Below are positions 23,601-36,600 of a DNA stretch of 64,000 nucleotides, piece by piece (the stretch's first letter is position 1; each line of letters starts with the position of its first letter). A model generated the notes under the pieces. That model was not told where the DNA came from and ran no database searches. It saw only the letters and a list, made by a program, of their open reading frames with translations. The stretch covers positions 60,677,195-60,741,194 of the forward strand of contig CM074513.1 in the NCBI GenBank assembly GCA_037379345.1. Reading direction: 5' to 3'. The stretch comes from Perna viridis (Eukaryota). The translations under genes were made by a program, and so were the position numbers.

Positions 23601-25599
23601 AGGGTTGTTGTTTTTTTGGCATACTCGCCATATCCATTCTCTTTATATTAAGTAAATTGATTGTAGGAGTCAGCAACTGTTATTGTAACTATTTTCTTTA
23701 CATTAAGTGAATTGATTGTGGGAGTCAACTACTGTTTTTTATAACTCAGATGTTAGGACAGATAGTCCAATGTACCTTGTACAAGTTGACAAGACAATGT
23801 TGGCATCATTAAGGTCCAAAGCTTTAACAATATATTCTGAACATAATCAATTATAAACAAAGGATAAATTATTGACTTCCTTCAGCACTTATACAACACT
23901 ATATATTAACAGAGACATAATTTACTAGTACAGTACTTTAAATATGACCTAACAATAAAAATGTTTTAATGTCTATATCAGTTTCAAAAATAAAAATAAT
24001 CACAGATTTATCTTTATAGAAGTCTGTGTTGAATTCAACTGTTAACCAAACTTTCATGCATGTAGATAGATGATTTACAACAATAACTTTAAATTGTTCC
24101 AAGTAGAATAAAATTATAGCAATTAAAATTATTATTTTGACAATGAAATTATAATTCCAACCCAAGGATATAAACAGCTTTAACTGTAAAGATGAAAAAC
24201 GCAAAATGTCACCATTAAGTAGAAGGCTGCTTTGTTAAACATGGATGCCTTCACATACAAACAATAACTTGTTAAATGAGGTACTATTACAGGAGTAAAA
24301 TCTCGTACATGTATCACATAAGCTTGGTAACAATGTATCACTACATAACAACTGTACATTCTATACAGGATAAATTCATATGAAATTCAGACAGTATCTG
24401 ATGGTAACAGTTTACAAAAATCAAATATACTTAGGTTCATCTAAATTTTGTGCTTCTCATGAACTTTTATCTGTAAAGAAATTGTACCATACATTTCAGA
24501 CGATACATGTATTTAAACATACAGGTATTCTTGTTCAGTGTAGACAGTTGTTTGATTTATAAAGGTTCAAACTGACATTAAATGTCTGCTTTATACAGGT
24601 TTATGATCTGGTTTAGACAGGTTTCTGGTTTATGATTTGGTTTAGACAGGTTTCCCTGTAGAGTTTTTTGAGGGGGAGGGGGTAGAAATCATTGATAATT
24701 TTTTTGATTTTTTGTACTTAATTCAAACATAAAATTCCCAATGAAATGTACAAAATCTGTCAAATCTTAGGCACTCAAACAAAATAAACAAATTATAAAT
24801 TCAATGAAACATCTGTACCTTCAGAGTATCTATAATCTAGATTTATATGGCTCTGTCTGAACCCCATATGAAATGAATAACTTATACTGGTTTATATGTA
24901 ATTATAGAATTTGTTTTGAGTTATTACAGGATAAGTCATTTGGTATTACATCAGTAATGGAGACAGGATTTAAAACAGTCTCTACAATGATATGATGTAT
25001 TATTATTGTTACAGAATTAACAAGGAAGCATAATACAGCCAAAAACCTGCAGCAACTAATTAAACTGGGACTTTCTATTCCAGCATCATAATTCTGGTGG
25101 ATGTTAAACAATAACAAGTCTGTTAAATAAAAGACAGAGAATGTAGCAAAATTTGTCATGAGTGCAGCTTCATCATAAAATAGTTATCTTGTATACTCTA
25201 AATATGTTCAGTATTTAACTGTATGTACACATATTAAAATCATACTGATTCATTCCCAAAATACAAAAAAAAAAATAGATAAAAAGCAACAATCAACTTA
25301 CACAAGAGACAAGATAAAGTCAACATAATTGACTCATGTGATATTGACAAAAATGTTTTTCTAGGTACATTTATTTCAACACTAGCAGTGCTTTTTTAGT
25401 CTATTTTAAACATTTTGACAGATTATTTAGAGAAGTTAAATTGTCAGTAGTTTATAAGTTAAAACCTGTGTTTAACACTAAAGGTTTCATAATGAAACAA
25501 TAAACAGCTGGAAATAAATAACAATCATCAATTATTTTTTTTAGAGATTTAGGATCACAATGTTATCTTATTTCATAGTAAAAAATCTGTGTTTCTTAG

Positions 25600-25862
25600 G
25601 TTACTGTGGTAAACTCCCGGTGAGACCAAAGGTCGTACTCATAGCAACTCATGCTGACAAGGTGAAATGCCCTAAAAACTCTAGAGGAGAGCATGTTGCT
25701 ACAGATAACATATACACAGTATACAACAGAGCTAGAGAAATGTTTGGTTCTGACATAGAGCTGGTGGATAGGATCTTCATCATTGATGCTCATGTCGCCT
25801 CATCTCATGACATGAAAGCTGTCAAACATCAACTGTATGAAATTAAATCTCACATATCAAAG
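25600..25862 (+). CDS. DAPK1: Duplicated DAPK1 ROC exon (copy 2; I->V in DAH[I/V]A)
   Basis: Intact splice sites and reading frame. One nonsynonymous and one synonymous difference from copy 1 were seen. Confidence 0.8.
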
Positions 25863-26070
25863 GTACCAGTATTTATATTTTACAGTATACAGATCCAGAT
25901 ACTCGTTTGAATTTTAATTGAACATGTGTCCTAATGTTTTTTTTTATATGCACTTAAGTTTAGGTAAGACATTTAGATGAAAATTTTAAAATCAAATATG
26001 TATATAATTTTAAAAATCATATTAAAAACAATTTTTGAAAATATATATACCAATTTATTATATTTTATAG

Positions 26071-26259
26071 GTTCTTCCAAAGTCCACTAAATTTTTTGAA
26101 TCCATGGTAACACAGCTTACCTCTTGGAGACGATCATCTTCTTCATTTCCTGTGTTGTCATGGCAACAGTTTGTTGACCATGTAAGATCTAAAGTGAATC
26201 CATTAGCTGGGGATGATCATATGAAACTTCTGGTCCAACAACTTCAATTGTCAGGAGAG
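26071..26259 (+). CDS. DAPK1: Duplicated DAPK1 COR exon (copy 2)
   Basis: Same translation as 18678-18866, with intact splice sites. Confidence 0.8.
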
Positions 26260-26809
26260 GTATGTATGTATTCAGAATGTCCTGACACACTCCAGCTTTT
26301 GATACAAATATTTTTTTGAAAATGAAATATAGCCTAATGAAATAATTAACATACAATATCTAGTTAGTATTACTTCATAAGGATAACAACAAAACTACCG
26401 AACACTAATCTGATCCATGATCAGGTCAAGTTCAAATTGAATCTTGCAAAATAGATATTACACCATCAGAGCAACTGGTACTGCAATGACCTGAAACCTG
26501 ACAAGTTAGATACTGAATGTTTGAAACTATTCTTGAACTATTGACCTTATGTAGTAAGGTAAAGGTATTGGTGTATGTCTATTGACCTTATGTAGTAAGG
26601 TAAAGGTATTGGGGTATGTCTATTGGACTTAAAATTTATCCAATCTCAACTTCAGTGATTATGAGCATCTGTTCCAGTGTGTAGCTGATTTAGCTTTTAA
26701 TTAGTCAATAATTATTATATGAAAACTAAGCAGTTAAAGCAGTATTTTACCTTTTATTAACTTAATAACACTTATTTTATTGATATGTATAGAGAATGTG
26801 TAATTTCAG

Positions 26810-28036
26810 GTGGTGTACTTAGAAAGTGACACAGGCCAAGATCTAGTGATTCTGAATCCAAACTGGTTATGTAGTGACATTATAGGACACTTGATTTCTC
26901 ATGATAAGATCATACAGTCACGGATCACTGGATGTTTTACAGTCGATGATTTTCAGCTGATGTATCCAGAGACTGATGCTCTAGACCTTCTACAAGTCCT
27001 GGAAACTTTAGAGGTCTCTACACAATGTGATTCTGAAGGTGAAATAGAATATGAATTTCCATGTTTAAACTTTGTAGAAACATTGAATGGTCTGTGGCAG
27101 AGAGATCTAAAAAGATTTGGTGATGGTGTGTATGGTGGTGTTAGGATACAGTCTGGACCATTCTATGTAGAACAGTTAGTCCATCTATTCCCTAGAATCC
27201 AAGTCCTTCTAAGAAGGACTGTACTACATGAGACTGAAGACCCTGAAGCTGAGCTCTATCAGTGGCACTATGGGTCTAAATATTGTTGTGGTGACTTGGA
27301 GGGTATTATAATGATGGATCCTCTGTATGATTGTATAGAAATCAAAGTACGAGGACCTAATGATAAGCAAACACAACTGTTTTATTTTCTGGAGGATTTC
27401 ATTAATGTTGTAGAACAAGTGATCCTTAATGTATGTCCTGGTATTTGTACAGAACGACATGTACTCAGTAGCTTAGAACTTAAGGAACATCATAAAAATA
27501 TTAGAGCATATTCACCAAAGGAAATGCTTAAAATGCAGCTACAAAAGAAAACATGTTTGACTCTGTGTGATTCTAAAACTGAGGAGTTTTCAGACATTGT
27601 TTGTATGGGTTCACATGAAATTGTTCAGAATATTTGTCTTGGTGTTGATCTCCCAGTGTCTCATTTGACAATACACACTCGGCAGCGACTGTCTCAGGTT
27701 CTAGATCCTCCAGATAAGATGGGAAGAGACTGGTGTTTACTGGCAGTATCATTAGGTCTAGAACATTTACTTCCTATCTTAGATAAAGTGGATGGTAGTA
27801 TTGAGAGTAAAACGGACAGGGTTTTAGTGGAGTGGTCTAAAGTGTGTTCTAATCCTACCATTGGACAGTTAATCCTAAAACTACGGGAACTTCATAGAGA
27901 GGATGCTATTGAAGTCATCCTACAATCAGCTCCTATATTTAAAGTGGTTGTTTATGAAGACCACAGTACAGATGACAGTCAGATTGCTGGACTAAACACT
28001 GACTCAACTAACACTTTGTCTAATCTGTCCAGATGA
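26810..28036 (+). CDS. DAPK1: Duplicated DAPK1 terminal exon (copy 2)
   Basis: Identical 408-aa translation, with a synonymous CAG/CAA change. Confidence 0.8.
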   Translation: MVYLESDTGQDLVILNPNWLCSDIIGHLISHDKIIQSRITGCFTVDDFQLMYPETDALDLLQVLETLEVSTQCDSEGEIEYEFPCLNFVETLNGLWQRDLKRFGDGVYGGVRIQSGPFYVEQLVHLFPRIQVLLRRTVLHETEDPEAELYQWHYGSKYCCGDLEGIIMMDPLYDCIEIKVRGPNDKQTQLFYFLEDFINVVEQVILNVCPGICTERHVLSSLELKEHHKNIRAYSPKEMLKMQLQKKTCLTLCDSKTEEFSDIVCMGSHEIVQNICLGVDLPVSHLTIHTRQRLSQVLDPPDKMGRDWCLLAVSLGLEHLLPILDKVDGSIESKTDRVLVEWSKVCSNPTIGQLILKLRELHREDAIEVILQSAPIFKVVVYEDHSTDDSQIAGLNTDSTNTLSNLSR

Positions 28037-31000
28037 CTAGGCAGACTTTCTTAGATGTTAATATTCAGTCATAAAAGACATGATAAATACCAATCAAACA
28101 TAAATTCTATGTTCCTGGTGATATTAATAGCCTTGCTATCATATGGCAAATTATTTTGTATAATCATAGTTAATTCTTGATTTAATTGTTGAAGCTTATT
28201 TGAATTTTTTACAAGAAGCATCAACAACTTTTCCATTCACATTCAAATTGTATTTCATTAATGTGATTGCAGATTTATTTTTATCTTTAAAATGTTTTAA
28301 ATGAAAATTTACATTTTTATTTCAAGCAATCTTTTTTATACTTTGTCTACTTATTTCTTTTTCTATAAATATAGATGTATCAGAAAACCTTCCTATATTT
28401 ATTTAAGAAAGCCATGAAGTTGTGTTATGTTTTCATCAATGATTTGTTAGATTTATAATTCATTTTTGTTGCTGAACATAATAACTGCTGAGACTTCCAT
28501 GCAATGATAATGACAATACTCACTATTGTCTGTTGGGAGTCAACTTTATTAACAATTTCTGATTTAATTTTGCAATAACAACAATCTTATTCTTATGTTT
28601 TTAATAACTTAATTAAGACTATTATAATTTTAGTTTTAGCTTGCTACATAAAAATCTACTTTAGAATGAATTTGCAAATAGGAAAGTAGATGTAAAGTTA
28701 TTTAAAGGAATGTGCCCTTTAAAACTGTAAAATTTGGTGCACTTTGTTGTGCACACTATGTTGTTTTTTTCAAACCCTTATTTTTCGTTATATTGTTTGG
28801 TGGTTAAAGCTTACTATATAAGGTTCTTATGTCAGGCATTTCTTTACTAAGTTGAGTAACTGATTTCAGTTTATTAATCTATTGAAAATATTTTTGGAAA
28901 TATCCTTTAGTTGTTTTCTGCTAATCTGATGCTACTTCAGAACAAACATGATTAAAATGTGATTATGATTTAATCATTGGAAGTATTTATAGTTGTGTGA
29001 TCAGTTATAATACTTTAATTTTTTTTATGATTTCTGAGCAGGAAAATCCTATTGTGAGCTTTTCTCACAGCTTTTATATGGCTGCAAAAAAAAGCAGTCC
29101 TATTATGTTATGATCCTGTCGTTGTCGGCATTGTTGGTATTTTTTAAATTACTATGTGATAGTTGAAGTTTACCAAATGTCATTAAATTTTGATGTATTG
29201 TTACTTGCTGTGGTTTTTATTTGACATGAGGTAACTAGCTAACAAATTTTGATTTTTTTCATTCCTTCTGGAAGTCTTTCCCTGCATTTTCAATCAGTAT
29301 TTGAATATTGCTCTTCTTTTTGGAGTAAGAAGAGGTCATAGGGAACAAAAACAATTTTAGGAAGACTATTTCAACAAATTTTCATCAGATTTTAATGAAT
29401 TTTTGGGGGAAAAATTTCTCCTCTTTGCAAGGGGTTTAAGCAGTATGCTAGCAAATTTACTTTATCATTAAATGTTTTTGGGGTTCAAAGTGATCCATGA
29501 AAGCATCCTGACAGTAGGACATTTATCTTAAATTGAATTTCAAAATATTGTGCTAATATTGTTTTTCAAACCAATTGTTGTGTCCTCAATTAACTCCCTA
29601 TATGTTCAAGTGTGTCAAAAACTGATATTGTGTTCTCACTTGGCCCAAGTGAATGTAGTTCAACTGGCTGTGGTCATATCATGCTGTGCTCAGCAAAACA
29701 TTTTTTACTCTAGTTTCAGTTACAATCAGATTGTCTGCTTAACATTAGTTTCTTAACAACATAAATTATACATGTGGTAATTCAGCAGTTTTGTGTATCA
29801 TAGTGCAAAAATGTGACATATAATCTGAAATCTGTAAAGTACTGTAAAGAAAACTAAAACTGTATTCATAAAAAGAATACATGTTAACCATGCCTTATCA
29901 GTGGTATTGTCCATATATGTGTTATTGCTAACCCAATCAATCTTATTGTGGGTACATCTTATGGCTCAACATACCCCATTGGTATTATCTTTGGAAGAGT
30001 ACCTGATGAGATCTGTGTAACTAATTGTGATCTATCATGGATCACCGATCAGTTTCCTATCAATCTTTGACCCATTCAACCCACATCCATTTCCTATCAT
30101 GTGACTGATGAATGGTAAATATATTTTACTGATTAATTTAATTACATTTAAATTTTTTTTTATTGAAATAGTGTGGATTTAATGGCATTATATTAGGTTC
30201 ATGGCAATAAAAAATCTGTAATTTTCATGTGTGAATCATCTGTCATTTTACATGATCAGATTGATTATCGATCTTGCAGTGTTCATTGATCCGTCAAATA
30301 GTTCCAGAGATCAGTTAAGGGACTATATGGGTAACTACATCCCATCAGTGGTTAATATGTATGCTTGATTTAAATCTTGACATCTTTCAGAATGTCAATA
30401 TGAAACCAAGTAATAGTTCAGTAAATGGAACTTTCTTCCTAGCATTGTTTTCTTTAATTAGACAATGATATAAAGCAGTGATGATATTATCATTCTACCT
30501 CCTTTCTATTCTAATAATGGTAGGTAGTGCTGAATCTTTGTATTGTTTAATTGTTAAGTACTTTATGCTTCTGGAATGTGGGAAAGTTATATACCAAAGG
30601 CATTATAATGTATATATCTAATAACCAAATGCATAATTTACCTACATCTGACTAAAAGTCTTTCAGCTTTAGTTCTAGCATTGTATTTTAAGGTATATGA
30701 TTTTGTAAGATTTTAAGTTATTTCATAATAAAAAAAGAAGATGGTTTGTTATTGTTTCTGTCGTAATTGAGTAGAACCATGTTTTCCTCAGCTTTTATTA
30801 TTATTGTAAATAGTATTTCTTATTTCATTTACTTTCCCAGTTTACTTTTATGTTTTTTGAGTCTATAAGAGCAACTATTTTGTTGTACCTGTGTGTTATG
30901 TTGCTTTGGGGACATTTGCAGTCTGCCTGGTCGCCTGAGGGTTTCTCGTTCATTAAAGACTAATGAGTGGCCTTGACCTGACAATTTTCTTCCTAATAGG

Positions 31001-33564
31001 GTTGTTGTCTTTTTGGCATACTCGCCATATCCATTCTCTTTATATTAAGTGAATTGATTGTAGGAGTCAGCAACTGTTATTGTAACTATTTTCTTTACAT
31101 TAAGTGAATTGATTGTGGGAGTCAACTACTGTTTTTTATAACTCAGATGTTAGGACAGATAGTCCAATGTACCTTGTACAAGTTGACAAGACAATGTTGG
31201 CATCATTAAGGTCCAAAGCTTTAACAATATATTCTGAACATAATCAATTATAAACAAAGGATAAATTATTGACTTCCTTCAGCACTTATACAACACTATA
31301 TATTAACAGAGACATAATTTACTAGTACAGTACTTTAAATATGACCTAACAATAAAAATGTTTTAATGTCTATATCAGTTTCAAAAATAAAAATAATCAC
31401 ACACAGATTTATCTTTATAGAAGTCTGTGTTGAATTCAACTGTTAACCAAACTTTCATGCATGTAGATAGATGATTTACAACAATAACTTTAAATTCTTC
31501 CAAGTAGATTAAAATTATAGCAATTAAAATTATTATTTTGACAATGAAATTATAATTCCAACCCAAGGATATAAACAGCTTTAACTGTAAAGATGAAAAA
31601 CGCAAAATGTCACCATTAAGTAGAAGGCTGCTTTGTTAAACATGGATGCCTTCACATACAAACAATAACTTGTTAAATGAGGTACTATTACAGGAGTAAA
31701 ATCTCGTACATGTATCACATAAGCTTGGTAACAATGTATCACTGCATAACAACTGTACATTCTATACAGGATAAATTCATATGAAATTCAGACAGTATCT
31801 GATGGTAACAGTTTACAAAAATCAAATATACTTAGGTTCATCTAAATTTTGTGCTTCTCATGAACTTTTATCTGTAAAGAAATTGTACCATACATTTCAG
31901 ACGATACATGTATTTAAACATACAGGTATTCTTGTTCAGTGTAGACAGTTGTTTGATTTATAAAGGTTCAAACTGACATTAAATGTCTGCTTTATACAGG
32001 TTTATGATCTGGTTTAGACAGGTTTCTGGTTTATGATTTGGTTTAGACAGGTTTCCCTGTAGAGTTTTTTGAGGGGGAGGGGGTAGAAATCATTGATAAT
32101 TTTTTTGATTTTTTGTACTTAATTCAAACATAAAATTCCCAATGAAATGTACAAAATCTGTCAAATCTTAGGCACTCAAACAAAATAAACAAATTATAAA
32201 TTCAATGAAACATCTGTACCTTCAGAGTATCTATAATCTAGATTTATATGGCTCTGTCTGAACCCCATATGAAATGAATAACTTATACTGGTTTATATGT
32301 AATTATAGAATTTGTTTTGAGTTATTACAGGATAAGTCATTTGGTATTACATCAGTAATGGAGACAGGATTTAAAACAGTCTCTACAATGATATGATGTA
32401 TTATTATTGTTACAGAATTAACAAGGAAGCATAATACAGCCAAAAACCTGCAGCAAACTAATTAAACTGGGACTTTCTATTCCAGCATCATAATTCTGGT
32501 GGATGTTAAACAATAACAAGTCTGTTAAATAAAAGACAGAGAATGTAGCAAAATTTGTCATGAGTGCAGCTTCATCATAAAATAGTTATCTTGTATACTC
32601 TAAATATGTTCAGTATTTAACTGTATGTACACATATTAAAATCATACTGATTCATTCCCAAAATACAAAAAAAAACATAGATAAAAAGCAACAATCAACT
32701 TACACAAGAGACAAGATAAAGTCAACATAATTGACTCATGTGATATTGACAAAAATGTTTTTCTATACTATCTGTGGTAGGATTCACATGGATAGTTCAC
32801 ACTGTTACAAGTTTTACAAATAGTTTTGTTCCTAAGGTTAGTTTGTGTCAAAACTTTGATTTATAACTTTAGAAATTTAAGAAAATTATTTTTTTCTTAT
32901 AAAAAAATGTACAGCACAATTTCAGTTGAATACATGTCAAATATAAATGAAAAATGTAAATTTTACAACATACTATCAATCAGTTATGATAAAACTACTT
33001 GCTGTATAAGCCAGAGAACACAAGTAAATCTATTACCTGCAGAGAACACATGTGGATTTGAATGGGTTATAGCTTATTTGCACCATAGAAATGGTTCTAA
33101 TTTTATATTATTTTAAATCAAGCTCCAGGAATTATAAATATAAGTAGTAAGAGTTAATCTTCAATATTCAAATCAAGTTTACTTTCATTTAGATGTAAGC
33201 AACAGATTCTTTGTTAATCAGATCAGTCCTGAATTATATTTATGAATTTAAACAGTTTTTAATCAACAATGAAATGTAAAGATTATCTTACTTATAGTAC
33301 CACACTTCCCTAAAATTTATATCCATAAAAATATGCAATAAACAAGAAATTTCCAAATTATATAGCGATGATATTCGTTGGCTAAACATTCATAAAACTT
33401 CATTGGCACATGTTCCAGTGCCAACATTTCATGTCATTTTTTCAATAGTATTGAGGAGTTATTTTTATAGAGAAATACCACCAAATTTTCACATACATTT
33501 ATAAAATTGTTCTAGTCTAAACTGGGCTTTCATTCTCTCTCAGACTTTCATCCATTTATATACA

Positions 33565-33630
33565 TCAATCTGTACCGACTTTAGCTATAAGTTCATCACA
33601 TATTGCTGTTAATTCTTCATTTTCTTTTAT
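33565..33630 (-). CDS. TACC: TACC last exon IKENEELTAICDELIAKVGTD*
   Basis: tttgtag acceptor, TGA stop, conserved ICDELI motif. Confidence 0.95.
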   Translation of the reverse strand: MKENEELTAICDELIAKVGTD

Positions 33631-36600
33631 CTACAAAATAAAAGAGGTATGATTAAAATCACAAAGTTGTTGCATCTGATGTCAGGATCAGCTGTGTACC
33701 ATATATATAAAAATCAATAAAACAAAAAATAAAAAGCTTCACTGACTGCAGCATGATACAATCACAGTGGTCCAACCCTGAACAGTTTGGGCAAGTGTGG
33801 ACACAATTTTAGTTTTTGACACACTTGCACAAAATCTGAAATTCAAATAAAATTTTCAAAATTTAACCAATAATAAAAAATAGATTTTTTGGGGGTGTGG
33901 CCCTTTTTAATCCTTATCACTCGAAAACCATAACAGATATCTGAAATCTGATTGAATAATGTAGACACAGATTTTCATTAGGATTCCAATACAAAATTTT
34001 TTTTAAATCAGTCCAAAAATAACAAGAGGCTCCCAGGAGCCTGAATCGCTCACCTGGTTAAAGTTTGTATTTCAAGGGCAATAAATTTAACAAGGAGTTG
34101 TCCAACAACTTTGACTCAAGAAGACTTTGGTAGAACTATCATAAGGATCTTTTCAGCAAATGAAAGTTTCTTTCTATGCATTATAGTTTTCAAGATATTG
34201 GCTGAAAACTGTAATAAAAAAAAAGAAGTCTTTTTTCATCTTTCAAGAGCAATAACTCTTACAAGGAATCCCTTGACAACTTTGATCCCCCGAAGACTTT
34301 TTAAGGCTTTATAATAAGGGTCATTTCAGCAATCGAAATAATTTTGCTAAAACTAACTGTTTTGGAGATATATGCAAAAAACTACTTTCTGACCCTTATG
34401 TTTTATTTTTAGTAATGGCTGCCATGTTTTTCTACGGATCAAAAATCCCAACATCAGTCCTATGCAGGATACCACAAGGAACATTCATACCAAGTTTCTT
34501 TATTTCTGTTGTACCAGGACTCCGACCTTTTTGAACTGATTTTTTGGTGTGTTTAATTGTGTAATATTTTTTCCACAGTGACCAGATTTTTAAGGGGGAG
34601 GGTTGTGATCACGCTGAAGTATGTCCCAAGTTGGGAATTTCAGGCCTCAGTATATCTTGTTTTGTTTTCACCTTTCGTTTATTTTTTTATGTTACTTGAG
34701 TATAAAATGGCAACTGTACCTGTGTTTAATGATGTTTTAGGGCAAGCTGCAGCCTGCACTGTGGTGTGAGAGTTTCCTCTTTGTTCAATGAAGACCAACG
34801 GCCTTTTGCTGACATTTTCATCCCCGTGGGTTTGTTGTCTCTTTGACATATACACCATACCTATTCTCACTTTATGATATAGCTAATAAACAATGTATAC
34901 AAAGATTGAGATGTAAGGTGTCTGTCTGTCCTCAATGAATACAAAGATAGAGATGTAAGGTTATCTGTCCTCAATGAATGCAAAGATAGAGATGTAAGGT
35001 GTCTGTCTGTCCATCCTCAATGAATAAAAAGACAGAGATGTAAGGTGTCTGTCTGTCCTCAATGAATACAAAGATAGAGATGTAAGGTTATCTGTCCTCA
35101 ATGAATGCAAAGATAGAGATGTAAGGTGTCTGTCTGTCCATCCTCAATGAATAAAAAGACAGAGATGTAAGGTGTCTGCCATTCCTCAATGAATGCAAAG
35201 ATAGAGATGTAAGATGTCTGTCCATCCTCAATTAATACAATGACTGAGATGTAAGCTGTCTGTCCATCCTCAATGAACAAAAAGATTGAGATGTAAGGTG
35301 TCTGTCCATCCTCAATGAATACAAAGACTGAGATGTAAGGTGTCTGTCATTCCTCAATGAATGCAAAGATAGAGATGTAAGATGTCTGTCTGTCCTCAAT
35401 GAATACAAGGATTGAGATGTAAGGTGTCTGTCTGTCCTTAATGAATGCAAAGATAGAGATGTAAGGTTATCTGTCCTCAATGAATGCAAAGATAGAGATG
35501 TAAGGTGTCTGTCTGTCCTCAATGAATACAAAGATAGAGATGTAAGGTTATCTGTCCTCAATGAATGCAAAGATAGAGATGTAAGGTGTCTGTCTGTCCA
35601 TCCTCAATGAATAAAAAGACAGAGATGTAAGGTGTCTGCCATTCCTCAATGAATGCAAAGATAGAGATGTAAGATGTCTGTCCATCCTCAATTAATACAA
35701 TGACTGAGATGTAAGCTGTCTGTCCATCCTCAATGAACAAAAAGATTGAGATGTAAGGTGTCTGTCCATCCTCAATGAATACAAAGACTGAGATGTAAGG
35801 TGTCTGTCATTCCTCAATGAATGCAAAGATAGAGATGTAAGATGTCTGTCTGTCCTCAATGAATACAAGGATTGAGATGTAAGGTGTCTGTCTGTCCTTA
35901 ATGAATGCAAAGATTGAGATATTAAGTATGGGTCTGTCCATCTTCAATGAATACAAAGATTGAGATGTAAAGTGACTGTCTGTCCATCCTCAATGAATAA
36001 AAAGATTAAGATGTAAGGTGTCTGTCCATACTCAATTAATACAAAGATTGAGATGTTAAGTATCTGTCAGTCCATCTTCAATGAATGCAAAGATAGAGAT
36101 GTAAAGTGTCTGTCTGTCCATCCTCAATGAATACAAAGATTGAGATGTAAATTGTCTGTTTGTCCATCCTCAATGAATACAAAGATTGAGATGTTACGTA
36201 TATGTCTGTCCGTCTTCTATGAATACAAAGATAGAGATGTAAAATGTCTGTCTGTCCACCTCACCTACCTTTTGATCTAATGATTTCTGTAAACTTGCTA
36301 CTTGTAAATCTGACTTCCTCATTGCAGCTTCTAACCTGGCCATATCTGATGATGTTGATCTTCGTAGTTTATCCATTTCTACACTAGCTCTGTAAACACA
36401 TCACTTTATTTAGTTCTTTTCTCAGTAGTTTTTATTTTCTTTGTTTACAAATAGTATACTTTGATTGTGCCCAACATTACAAAGTTGATGATTTTGTTTT
36501 TGTTTTTTTTTCACATGTAAGTTTATAGTTATATCCAGTTTTATTTCTAAATGATCTCTTCTTAAAATAAAATAAAATAAGAAATTCAATTCTACTTACG

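Larger units (their letters stand above)
17969..32765 (+). repeat. Direct tandem segmental duplication: copy 1 17969-25362, copy 2 25363-32765
   Basis: Near-identical sequence at an offset of 7393-7402 with scattered SNPs and small indels. Junction reads ...aaaaatgtttttct-a-ggtacattt... Confidence 0.97.
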
